NCBI RefSeq assembly: GCF_001194135.2 | Contig: NC_068985.1 | Coordinates: 24,698,773-24,762,772, forward strand | Origin: Octopus bimaculoides | Taxonomy: Eukaryota | Length of the DNA stretch: 64,000 bases | Direction of reading: 5' to 3' | In this document: in pieces, positions 1 through 13,200 of the stretch | How positions within the stretch are numbered: position 1 is the first letter of the stretch | How the letters are laid out: every line of letters starts with the position of its first letter | Notes under the pieces: generated by a model | What the model was told of the DNA's origin: nothing | The model's database searches: none | Seen by the model: only the letters and a program-made list of their open reading frames with translations | Made by a program: the position numbers and the translations under genes

Positions 1-448
1 ATAATAAATTAATAAAAACTACATCCATTACATCAGTGGTCCTTCACTTGGGCTACAGAACCTCCTTGGTTGTAACGGAGGGGGAAGGTATTATGAGCTC
101 ACAAGGGAGGGGCAAGTGTCATGTGGCCTGCTCTCTGGTTGCTGTCTGTTTAGAGGGTGTTGTAATTTTTCTTAGAAATCAAATACTTAAGCCAGGTTCA
201 ATACTTATATCTGCTCTCTTTTACTAGTTTCAGTCACTGATCTGCAGCCATACTGATGCACTGCCTTAAAAGGTTTGGCCAAACAAATGGAAACCCCTAA
301 CCCNNNNNNNNNNNNNNNNNNNNNNNNNNNNNNNNNNNNNNNNNNNNNNNNNNNNNNNNNNNNNNNNNNNNNNNNNNNNNNNNNNNNNNNNNNNNNNNNN
401 NNNNNNNNNNNNNNNNNNNNNNNNNNNNNNNNNNNNNNNNNNNNNNNN

Positions 449-757
449 GAGAGGTGAGGGTGGTTTTTCTTTCAAACAACTTTTGAAAGTGAATCACATA
501 CAGTTTAAGAAAGAGAGAAAAAAATTAATAAACTAACAAATGTAAACTTACAATTCCATGCCATTTGATATAAAAGATGCCAGCAAGGTCAAACATGGAT
601 TCTGATATTTTTGAGAAACCTTCGTTTGGACTGAAAACCTAGAATATAAAATGAAAGTAATGGTTTTATTGTGTGTAGAGAGGTGAGGGTGGTTTTTCTT
701 TCAAACAACTTTTGAAAGTGAATCACATACAGTTTAAGAAAGAGAGAAAAAAATTAA
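449..757. repeat. Identical 80-bp direct repeats (449-528 and 678-757) flanking exon 552-638
   Basis: Direct comparison; the first copy abuts the gap 304-448. Confidence 0.9.
552..638 (-). CDS. ARAP: ARAP exon 25 (VFSPNEGFSKISESMFDLAGIFYIKWHGI), start of PH4, phase 0-0
   Basis: atattctag acceptor, gtaagt donor; F.P........FD..G pattern that follows PH3 in ARAPs. Confidence 0.88.
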
Positions 758-3700
758 ACAAGGGGAGAGAGTAGCAAGGTTTTAGAGTTACAGTAAGAGG
801 TAATATTTAAAGCTATCAACTCTTTCAACACACCACCAAAAAATGTGACGATCATTGTCCATTTTAGCATCTGTCATTCCATAGTAAAATGAGTTAAATG
901 GTTCTCCATTATAGCATCATTTTACGCAACCTGAGCCAATGTCTTACCATCTGTGAAACCCAGCATTCTTAGATCAGATCTAATTACGTTATCTTCTGTC
1001 TACGTCTGCTTCGACTATTCTCCACCAAAGAGTCAATGAGGGAGTCACCTACAAGTCACTTTATCTACTAAGAATAGCAGCCACATATCTTTCAAATCAC
1101 ACCTTCTTGTTTACAAAAAAAAAAAAAAAATCAGACATCCTCCTACTCCCCCACTCACTCACAATGACACTGCCCAACTCATTCCTACCCACCACATACC
1201 TTGAAAGTCAACCCTGTTACCTCATTGCCATTATTGTTATTGCTGTCTCCAGCTCCACCTGATTACTCCCATCCTTTCTTCTAATGCAAGGGTAACCATG
1301 TACCTCCTCTACAACATGAAACCCGTTCTACTCTGACCCTTTTCTCTTCAACTTTACCCCTCTCTATTCCTCACCTCCAAGCATAAAGTTGCTTCTCTCA
1401 TAGCCCATAGCCCTGCAAGCTGCACACCAACTTCACTAGTGTTCATTATCATCATCATCTTCGTTTAACGTCCACCTTCCCTGATTGCATGGGTTGAATG
1501 GTTTGGCAGGAGCTAGCTAAGCAGAAGACTGCACCAACTTCTGTATCTGTTTTGGCATGGTTTTTATGGTTGGATGCCCTTCGTAACACCAACCAGCCCA
1601 TAGAGTGGATTGAGTGCCTTTTACATGGCACCGGCACAGGTGATGTCAGTTTTGGCATGGTTTTTATAGCTGGACGCCCTTCCAAACCCAGTACATCTGT
1701 AAAGTGGTTAGTGTTAGGGAGGGTATTCAACCACAGAAACCATGCCAAGGCAGACACCGGAGTGTGATGCAGTCCTTTGACCTATCAAACCTTGGTGATG
1801 GTGGCAACAGCAATGATAAATTGAATAATAGACTGCTTGATACACTGTTAAAAAAATGGAATGGTCACAGAGAGAATATTCCTGATCATTACACAATCAG
1901 AGTTGACCTAAAGGTAAATAACAATTTTCCAGCTTGAATTCATGCCATCATTTTGCTCCCCAAACACAACAATATATGCAAAGGAACCCAATTGATTTCT
2001 CTGTTGTCAACTAACCTTCGCTATTGCCTGCATCCATTTCGTCTGTTCTTCTAATTCATCCGTAGCAAACTGGTAAATTCTGTTGTTGTTTTGTGTTGTG
2101 CTAAGCTCAAAGGAATGTTTATATCTGAAGACAAAACAATAATCATTAAAGACAATTATTAAAGAATTTACATTTATTCAAATGTAAAAGTATTAGTTAA
2201 TGCAAAAGATGGAACACTATGGCTGTTCATTCACACAAATATACAGACAATAGCAAAAAATTTTAGTAACATTGGTTTCAAATTTTGGCACAAAGCCAGC
2301 AAGTTTGGAGGAGGAGTTAAGTCGATTACATCAACCCCACAGCTCAACGGGTACTTATGTTATTGACCACCGAGAGGAGGAAAGGCAAAGTTGACCTCAG
2401 CGGAATTTGAGCTCTTATTTCCTTACTACCCACAAGGGGACAAACAAGGACACACAAAGGGATCAAGTCGATTACATTGACCCCAGTGCGTAACTGGTAC
2501 TTAATTTATTGACCCTGAAAGGTTGAAAGGCAAAGTCGACCTCAGCAGAATTTGAACTCAGAACGTAATGGCAGATGAAATATCGCTAAGCATCTCGCCC
2601 ACCGTGCTAACAGTTCTGCTAGCTTGCCACTTTAGCAATAATAATAATATAAAGCAGAATGGCAGATGGCCACATGCTCTCACAATACCATACAAGAATG
2701 TATATAAATATACATGACTGATGAATTATTAAGGATGTATTTTTTCCTCTGTTTAACTTTCATACACGTTGAGGCTAAGGCTTCTATTGGTCAGTCACGG
2801 TTGACCATGTATCGCCATCTAGAAACGTACTTTCAAAGCTGCAAAGATGAGTTTTTTTTTTTTTTTGGTTTTAAATTTGTCTTTTCTTTTTATGGATGAT
2901 CAGTTTTGTCTTTTATCCCTCACAATAATCATCATTTAACATCCATTGTTCATGCTATCATGGATTGGATGGTGTGACTAGAGCTGACAACCTGGAGGGC
3001 AACCAGAGCTGGCAACAGTTGTCTTGACACTGTGATGGTTGTAAACAAGCATCACTATCATATGAGTGAGGTTGTTTGTTTCCAGTCTTCCATAGAAAAC
3101 ATATCTGGGCATGGGAAATATCAATTTGCTTGGGAAGAGGTGAAGGTTGACAACAGTAAGGTCATCTAGTCATAGAAAATCTGCTTCAACAAATTGTGTT
3201 TGATCCATGCAAGAATGGAAAAGTTAAAAGGTAATGAAGAAGACATAGTTTAGAATATATTTAAAAAACAAAACAAAAACCCAAATTGCATAAAAGAAAG
3301 ATGCCAACAATATTTACTTTTCTGTATGTGTTGCCTGTATAACCAGCATCTGGGTGTTTTCAATGCTACCACGTGCAGCAGTATTCTAGAAAATGAAATT
3401 GAAACAAAGATTTATAATCATAGTTAAACATACACAGCCCAACTTTTTACTTTTAATATGAATACCTCATACATAGGGCCTATAAGAAGAGGTGGTTTCT
3501 ACCACTGCATTGAAGTCTGCAATCTTGAAAGCTAAAGAAAAGCCTGTAGAGAACTCTCCTTCATATGCCAAAACACAAAAGCATCTCACAGTCCCTATGA
3601 ATTCTGAGAAGAATCCTCCACTAACAAGGCCTGAAAACAGTCTTGCTCCACCTTACAAAATTTCTTTCCAAGATTCTGCTTATATATAAGATACAATAAA

Positions 3701-6466
3701 GCAAAACCTAACTTTTTAGGATCTAGTGCAGGAGCCTGTATGTTGTCATTCAACATGCCACAGATAGCAGTCAACCTTCCTTAAATGGCATCCTATTACC
3801 TTCTGAGAAAAGAACAGATGGAACAATGTGGTTCTTGATGCATTGTTCCTAGAGAAAATGTGAGATGGTCACATTTTATCACAGAATTACACTATCAGGG
3901 TTACTATGATGTTAAAAAATAACAACATACCCATATTTTGATTTACATTGGCTTCTTATAGACATGATAGCAGAGATTTTTATTTAATAAAAACTAAAGG
4001 AGTAGTATGCTATGATATTTAGACAAATCTCAAAGGTATTAGAGACTTAACCGAAGAAAATGGCCCCATCTAAAAATTAAAATCAGTTCAAAGGTTCTTT
4101 TTCCTACAAACTTATAAGTTTTGCTCCCCTCATAAAGCATTTGTTTTTGTTAGCAGCACCAGTTGCAGTGAAATCGAGCAAACCAATAATTAGTTCTAAT
4201 TTCTGATTTATGATTAAGCAGAAGAGAGAAATCTGCCCTTAGAGAAACTAGCAGTATCACATAATTTCCCCATGAGAGGAACCACTGCTTATAGTTTTGA
4301 GTTATACCAGCATAAGGTACCTAGTCACAGATAGATGTATTTGGCGTGGTTTAACACAAATTTCAGCTAAAGCATACAAACATTGACCTTTCTTTCAATT
4401 AGTTATTTGCTACCATACTGATGCAGTCATTTATATTATCATATATGAATACAGATCCCTGAGAGCTATACTAGCAGAGCACAATCTCCTTGTACGGCCT
4501 CCCATGCTGGACAGGTCAAAAGATAGAGGCCAGGCTGATATGGTCTACCTGTTTCCAGAGGTAAAAATGAGTTACATATGGACAATGCTCCTAACTAGTA
4601 CAAAGCAAAGTTACAGAAACATCTATAACAATTCAAAACCACTAAGAACAGGGAGATGACAGCCCAGAGATGAGAAAAGTGGAACAAAGCCACTGATGGC
4701 CTACTCTCCAGAGAGAGGAAAGAGCTTAAATCATTTACCTCTACAACATATAAAAAAGAAAATTCACCCATGTGTTAAGGCACAAAGTATATTTTGAAAT
4801 ATTCAAGTTCAATAGTAATCAGTAGATTAAATCCATGCTACATACCTTTTTGTCAGCGTAATAACTAAGTCGACCATGTTCTAGCAGACACCACCTCCGA
4901 AGAAAGTCTGGAATTAACATCAGTAAAAGCTTTTAATAATAAAAAGACTTACATTTGAAATAATGATCTCAATTAGTTTTTATATTTCATATCTAGTTAT
5001 TTCAATCAAATTATTTTTTATATATAATACAATTGCGGAGAAATATTTTATTTTGAGCATTTTTAATTATATTAAAGAAAAATAATTTGCTTTTCCAGTA
5101 TTTTACATTTGCAAATGGATAGTGATGCCAATGAAAGTAAAGAAGCCAGTATGCTTGCTGGATGGGTAATGTCAGTGGACATTATACAACAGAGTGTAAG
5201 TGATTTGAGAGGAAAACTGGATATACGAAGCATCAGATGTCGAGTGCAAGAGAGAAGGCTGCACTGGTACGGTTATGTGATACATATGACTGATCACTAA
5301 TTGTGGAGAGAACATATGGAAGGAGTAGACTTCGGAAGATGTGGGATGAAGTGGTGAGAAAGGATCTTAAAATGTTGAGCCTCACAGAAGAAATGACAAG
5401 GGACCAAGACTTCTGGTAGTTTGCTGTGCTTGTGAAGACACATCAAGGTAAGTGAAACTGTGGTTGTCCTTGCATGTAGGCATGTCCCCCTGCATAACTC
5501 TTCAGCTGAGAGAGCTTAATCTTCTAGGCTCGTGGGTGCTGGTGCCATGTAAAAAGCACCCGTGGAAATTCCATGAAGAAGCACTTGTGTCAGTGGTGCA
5601 TAGAAGCATCCAATACATTCTGTAAAGTGGTTGGCATTAGGAAGGACCTCTAGCCATAGAAACCATGCCAAAACAAACATGGGGCCTGGGGAGCTCTCCA
5701 GCTGGCCAGCTACTGTCAAACTGTCCAACACATACCAGCATAGAAAATGGATGTTAAACAATAATGATGATAACGTCTCTTTTTGTCTTCTTACAAATGT
5801 TTTGTTGTTTTAAAATGTATGAAGATATATGATTCTTCGTGTGCTAATACAGTGGATATCACTTATTGTGATTACTTTGGGATGATGACTATTCGAAAAC
5901 AACGAGCTGATAATATAAAGCAAATAAAGAGTTTGGGATTTGCTAAATTTTATAACAATAGCCTGTTGGTAGCATTATCTGTTATAATTAACAGCTTCAA
6001 ATGTAGACAGATGACAGACAATGATAATTAAAGAACATGGATGTGAGGGGAAAACTCACTCAAGATAGAAAACACTAGTGAAAGAGTTTTTACTTGATTG
6101 CATAACCTGCTAGATATAGCAACCAAATATCTTTAAAGTTACACACTTTATAAAATGAGAAGTGAACATTGAATAATGCGGTCCTGGTTGTGTTATGTCA
6201 AGGGAAAATACCTGAAAATCACATCTGGGTTAGGTGAATACACACATTTAAGACACTGTTTTACAGCCAAATACCCTTCCTGCTATTAACGGTCAGCTGT
6301 TTTCTCAAGTGAGAGTTTTAATTCTTTCTTTGCATCCCAAAGTGTAGAGCTCACAGATAATTTGTCGACAAGTAAATGACAACAGACAGAACCATCTGTA
6401 GGTCAGCAATTTTACATGCAATTTCAGAAGGTGAAGACACACACATAACAGACATGCACGCGCACA

Positions 6467-6525
<59 letters not shown>

Positions 6526-7169
6526 GTGTGTGAGTATGATAACAGGCTGTCCGCACAGTTGGTAGTTACCATATATCTTATTCATTCAGAAGACATTGGT
6601 CAACCAAGGGCTACAGTAAAAGACACTTACTCAAGGTGTCACTCAGTAGGGCTGAATCTCAAACCATGTGGTACCAAAGCAAATTTCTTAACCACATGTT
6701 TTCAGGTTCAATTCTACTTAATAGCAACTTGGGTGAATATATGCTACAAAAACTTATCCATTGTCCTTTTCACTTCCATGTTAGAAGCTGCAATGAATAC
6801 GTACTAGACTTCCAAAAATTACATGTACAAGGGTCGATTTGAGTAAAAGACCATTTAAGACTGTGCTTCAACATAATTACCATAACGTGGAGGATCTCTG
6901 TTTAACAAATTCCTTTCAAGTTCAATCAGAATCAATTTTTACAATATAATTACTAAGATTGAATTAAGAAATCACAAATTTTGTCATTGATTAAATTTTT
7001 AGTATGATTTCATAAATGCCAAAGAAGCAAATATTATTTCAAAAATAAAACCAGTAATCTTCTTTACAAGAATTACAGGTAAACAAAAGCATTTTGAAAC
7101 AACAATGTCAGTCAAAAGAAAAAGGTTAGTGAAGCAAAATCAGAATACTTCATGAACACGAACAACAAG

Positions 7170-7206
<37 letters not shown>

Positions 7207-10200
7207 TAAAAATAACAATAATAATAATAATATTAATATATGCCCTGATGCAGTACCAGACATTGGCTCTCATGGCTTCTGATCTTAACTGATTGGAAGT
7301 GTTATCATGTACATCGTTTTGTCTTGATACAAAAGATGGGCTACAGCAAATATTCTGCTCAGTACCACAGATTTGCTTGTCAGTTGTTTGACCTTAACCA
7401 GTTGAGCATGTCCCTTAGTGGCTGACGATATGTGCATCTCTGATCACAAACAAAAGTAGTCGGGAAACATCATAGTCATGTGTTGAGAGGAATTCTTTAC
7501 AGATTTAAATAATTCATCTCTGGAAACATAGGCGTTTTTTTTTTTCAACATCCTTAAACAAACCTTATTCAAAGACCTTTTGAACAGGGTGGGCTACTCA
7601 ACCTGAAGAAAATTCTAACTAGGCCCCCACCTGCAAGGTCATGCGCTGTTTATTTTGACATGAGATCACCATGTTGCATACATATGGTTGTGATGCATGT
7701 GCACGGGTAGTTATGATGGGTATACTGGGCTTCATATATTTTACCCCAGTGTCACTTTGATTGCATGCACTGCTCTCTCACATAATAATAATAATAACTT
7801 CAGATTTTGTCACAAGGGCAGTAATTATGCAGGAGGGGGATGAGTCGATTTCATCAACCTCAGTGTTTAACTGGTACTTATTTTATCCACCCTGAAAGGA
7901 TGGAAGGTAAAGTTGACCTCGGCGGAATTTGAATTCAGAATGTTAAGACAAAATGTTGCTAAGCATTTTGTATGACATGCTAACAATTCTGCCTGCTTAC
8001 TATCTTCTTAATAATAATAATAATAATAATAATGATGATGATGATGACAATGATGATGATGATGATGAAATTGTAAGCTACTGTAATTAATAGCAGAAAA
8101 AACGACACTTATTAAATGATTATTAGTAGCATAAATAATTATTAAAATTTTTATTGCTTCATTTTGCCTTTGCATAGTTTTTTTTTTTTTTACTCTTCTC
8201 ATTGTTAAATAAGCAGTGGATTGAATTAAAATTCTAATGGTAAATACACTGGCATAGAAGAGGTCACCACTGAATGCAATAAAACAGACAGAAAAAGCAA
8301 CATATTCAGAAATCTACAGGAAGAGATGGTCATCTCATTAGCTTTACCTATTAAACGAGCATTAAATGAATATATCAAAGGTCATATAGGAATATGCACC
8401 ATATAGTTAAACCAATAGAATGCTACAGGATGGTTTAGTTTGAAATAATTATGAACCAATTTAAAATTCAAATTCAATTTGGAAATTGTATGAAAAGTAG
8501 ATTAAGGAGTAAGTGCAAATTTTTGTGATATTTTATGCTATATTATACAATACTGACAATATAGTACAATGTAATGTAATCACATTGAATATTGAACAAA
8601 CAACTCATTCAGAGCTCTTTAAATGATAAAAAAAAATAACAACAATTAACCCATTAACCCATTTTTTACCATATTTCTATATTCCTACAATACTTGTTTA
8701 ATTAACTTTGGAAATAAGGAAGAATTTAGTAAAAATTAATTCTATCATTATTAAGATGGTGTTTGAAATTAGCACAAAATTTTGATGAAGGATTTTTTTT
8801 TTTAAACAAAACATTTTATATCATAAAAAACGAGGGGGTTGTGCTATCTTAGGCAGGTTGGCATCATAAGGGTTGAACATATGATGCATTTAACCATTCT
8901 AATACCAACATACATAAATGACAAGCAACTTGTAATTTATTTTTTAACTTGTTTCATTTCTAACTGTATTTTCATTCCTTTTATTCAGATAGATAGATTT
9001 TTATAAAACTTTTACAATCACTTTAGTTAAATTTTTTTTTTTTTTTTCATTGAGCCCTAAAACTCATAAAGTTAGTTAATCAGTATCCATAGCATGTATC
9101 TGACCAAGATCACATTCTCTTTGAATAAGACATCAATCCATCACAGGGTCCAAAAACCAGCAATTTTTTAAGGAAGACAGTCACTTGATTGCATCAACCC
9201 TGGTACTGGACAAGCACTTTATTTTATCAACCCCAAAGGAATGAATGGCAAAGTTGACCTCAACAGGATTTGAATGAGAATGTAGAGAGCTGAAAGAAAT
9301 GATGCTAAGCATTTTGTCTGACATGCTAATGATTCTACCACCTCACCACCTTATACATTCACTGCGTGATTTACCTATAATTGCTACTTGGAAAGGAATA
9401 GTGAACAAGAAACTTAAGGAACTGACTATAAACAAATCAGGATTTGCTAGATGAAGGTTAACATTAATAATGATATAATATATGTGTCTAACTATCAAAC
9501 AGAATCAGTGAAATAGAATTTGATTATCTTATAATAATTAAGGATATCAATGGAAGGCTTTACATTTCTGAATGAAAATATTTCAAGAAAGATACTATTA
9601 ATCTCTCTCCCTCACACACACAAGTCTAAAATAAAACTTATAGTATACCTATATAATATATAAAATAAAATATATGATATAGAAATTCCAACTAACAGAC
9701 CACAATCTACACAATTTTATTCTCAAAGAGATGAGAAATTTTCCTAGATTCAGATAGAACATTGCACAGACATGAAATATAGAAAAAAAAAAAAAAGTTT
9801 TAGAATATCGAAGGAACAGAAAAATGAATGCAAAAAGAAAAAAAAAAGAATTTTCCTCCGAAAATAACAAGAGATCTGGGGTTTTTTTGTTAGTATTTAC
9901 TCATCTAAATATATTCACTCATGCCAAAACATGCCTTGCTGCCTCTTTCAATGGTAAGAAAGAAGAAACGTCATATCATGCACATATATTCGGTAATGCA
10001 TCAGATTATAGTTTAGTACCACTCTGAATAAATCACNNNNNNNNNNNNNNNNNNNNNNNNNNNNNNNNNNNNNNNNNNNNNNNNNNNNNNNNNNNNNNNN
10101 NNNNNNNNNNNNTGTGTGTGCGTGTGTGATATTCTAAAATAAAATTTCTGAAAGTTTTATTCTAAGAATGTTACTTCCATAAAAGATCAAATCTATATTC

Positions 10201-13200
10201 GAGAAGTTAAAACTTTCTCTCTTCTTTCACTAGGATGACCCCCCACCCACCCACAAAAAAAAAGAATGGGTATATGAAATGCTATATGAAATGTAATAAG
10301 CTGTATTTCTGTTTTTTTTTTTTAATATTCTATATAAAAGACAGTCAAAGAAAAAATTTTGTATTGGGAAATTTGTATACCAAAGCCAAGTAGTATGGTT
10401 AAGAATTCTCAGTCACAGTTCAATCCAACTAAGCAATACCTTAAGCATGTATCTTCTATCACAGCTTCAACCTCAATCAGGGCTTCACTTCTTAAGGAGA
10501 ACCCCCTCCCAAGACTCCTTCCACTGTCGTCTGCCTCTAGCCAGCTATGGCCATGTAGGCTACAGGTAGAGGGTGAGATCATCTCACCATCTTGTCTTTG
10601 GTCAGCCTCTTGATTTTGTACCTTGTTTTGGTATGTTTCATCAAACTGATTGTCCATCTGTTGTTCTTCAGTTGTGTGATGTGGCCAACCCATTTATATC
10701 TGTTCTCTTTGATAGTCTTTATGATGTCATTGACTCTCATGTGCTGTCAAATCCAGGCATTGGTTTTCTTGTCCCTAAGTGTGATGCTGAGCAGGATTTT
10801 ATTGGGCTACAATGAGGGTGTTCAAGATAGTAGTTTCAAGAGCCCATGTTTCACTACTGTAAATCATCACTGGCAGGATGCACTTATTGAAGATCTTGCT
10901 TTTGATTTTCATAGAAGCCTTGGAACTTCTAATGAGGTTTTCCTTCTTCCCAAATGCTGCCCAAGCAAGCGCTATTTTTCTCTTGACTTCTGAGAGGAGA
11001 TTTCCAGCATTTTCCAGCATTTTCTTCAGATAAATGTAGTCATCTACCTCTTCAATGGGCTTGCTGTTTATATTGACAGATACTGGTGTAGTATGCCTGT
11101 TCAACATGACCTTGGTCTTTCCAAGGTTCATGCTGAGGCCAACATGTTGGATTGCAGTGTAGATATTGGTGAGCATTTCCCTCAGTTCCTTGGGTGTATG
11201 TGCTGTAAAGATGATATCATCTGCAACATCCAGGTGGCATAGCTGTTCTCCATCAATGTTGATGCCTTTCTTGTTCAATTGGATTCTGTTGATGACAGCA
11301 TCTTGCAAGCATGGTACAAACAACTTTGGTGAGATGTTGTTGCCTTGCCTTGCCCCTCTCTCCAATTTGATCTTATCACTGTCTTAGTGACGCCTAAGAG
11401 TTGATGTTGCACTACTTTGAAGATCTTTCAGTACTGCAATGTGAGCAGGGTCTACACCATGGTCCTTCAGTGTTGTAAGGAGCAGTATGAATTCTTATAG
11501 TTAACAAAGGTAAAGCAATATGTCATACTTTGAATGTTACCTAGCACTAGCGGGAAACACTGATAGTAAAATGAACACAACCAAAGTCATAAGAAGAAAT
11601 ACTTTTGAGTGAATTGCAGAGAGTCAACTAATAAATGGTGTTGGTTACATTGTGTTAGAAACTATATACAAAATAATATAGCTATAAGTGTACTGAGAGT
11701 TACAACTGATTATAATGATATGGCTCTTGGCCTGCTTAACTTTCAGTGTCTCAGTCCATCTTGATATATAAATGTACAATGAGAAAGTACAACTTATTAG
11801 CTTAGTTCCTGGACAAGTGTATAAAACTGAAGTGCTGAGCATAAATCTTGTTATTAACCAACAGTAAGAATAGTTAATAAATGAAGACCAAAAAATATTT
11901 ATAAATAATTTGATCTAAAATTATAAACAAAAGACGTGTATGCTGGTGCTTGTGGAATGAAATAAGAGACTAGTGTTTCAAGAAGAAAAGAATCACCTAA
12001 AACATTTCCAATCTAATTCTTGCCAATGGAAACCATCACTCACCTACCAAGACTAATTCTTATATAAGTGAACTAGAGAACCGCTGCATGGTGACTCAAC
12101 CTGTAAGAAATAGCAGCTAAATTACCACCTCAAATTACAATTTACTATTTTTAAAAATGTGAGAGAATACATTAGATAACATAGTCCTAGATACACAAAG
12201 TCCAAGAAAAAAAAAGAAAAAACCTGGACTACATTTTAGTACAGGTCTGCTTGATCTGAGATGACCTGAGATGACAACTACTCTTCAACATTGATTGGGT
12301 CTTTCTTGTGTTTTTAAATTAATTCTCATTGTTTTTCTAAATATCCAGAGTGATATCAAACATAGTGTGAAGTGGTTGGTGAATAAAGGGAGACATATTA
12401 CAAGCAGAAAAGGCTAGGTTGTAAAAGGTCAGACAGAGGGATGTTCAAAGACAGCCATAAAAAAAAAATTAAAGAATTAGGAAATGCAGGATTTTATTTT
12501 CTTGAAATTTTTATGACAGCCAAAATTATTCAGAAGGTATTTATTTATCTACAGTTTTTTTCCTACTCATTTAGAAGAATAATTTGGTAAGTAAAATATA
12601 GCAATATCAGCTGGATGAAGGCCTTACCACGGGATTTGATCAATACAGATGCACGTTTTTCTGGAGAAAACCAATTAAAAAAAAAATGGCAAGGACCAAA
12701 TTGGATAAGGAGAACACACAAAAAATTAAAAAAAAGATTATAACAAAAATTAATTAAACATTGCAAGATAATTTAAGATGCAACATACAAACAGGTGTGT
12801 ATAAAATTAATGGTGAAATTGTTAATATTATTTAAATCATAATATTGGGTTTAGCTGGATAAAGGAATTTTAGAAATAAATAATGCTATTGCAGAAAACA
12901 TGCTTGGATGGAATATCAAAAATTAAATATCACAATACCATATAAGGGCAATTAAGGAATATAAAATAATCAGGTATAATCGGTGGTGCATTTGCCATGC
13001 ACTAGTGTCTAACAAAATGTATCTGTGTGCACTGCAGGTATATTTTTAAATACAGGCATGGAATAGATGTGTGGGTAAGAAATTCATTTCCTACTCATGT
13101 GGCTTCAGGTTTGCTTCAGGCCAACCAAAGTTCTGTGTGGATTTGGTAGTCAGGAACTAAATAAGCCCATCACATATGTATGTATGTATGGATGGAGGGA

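Noticed and set aside
10592-10993. 133-aa plus-strand ORF
   Set aside because: Antisense shadow of the RTE reverse-transcriptase relic.
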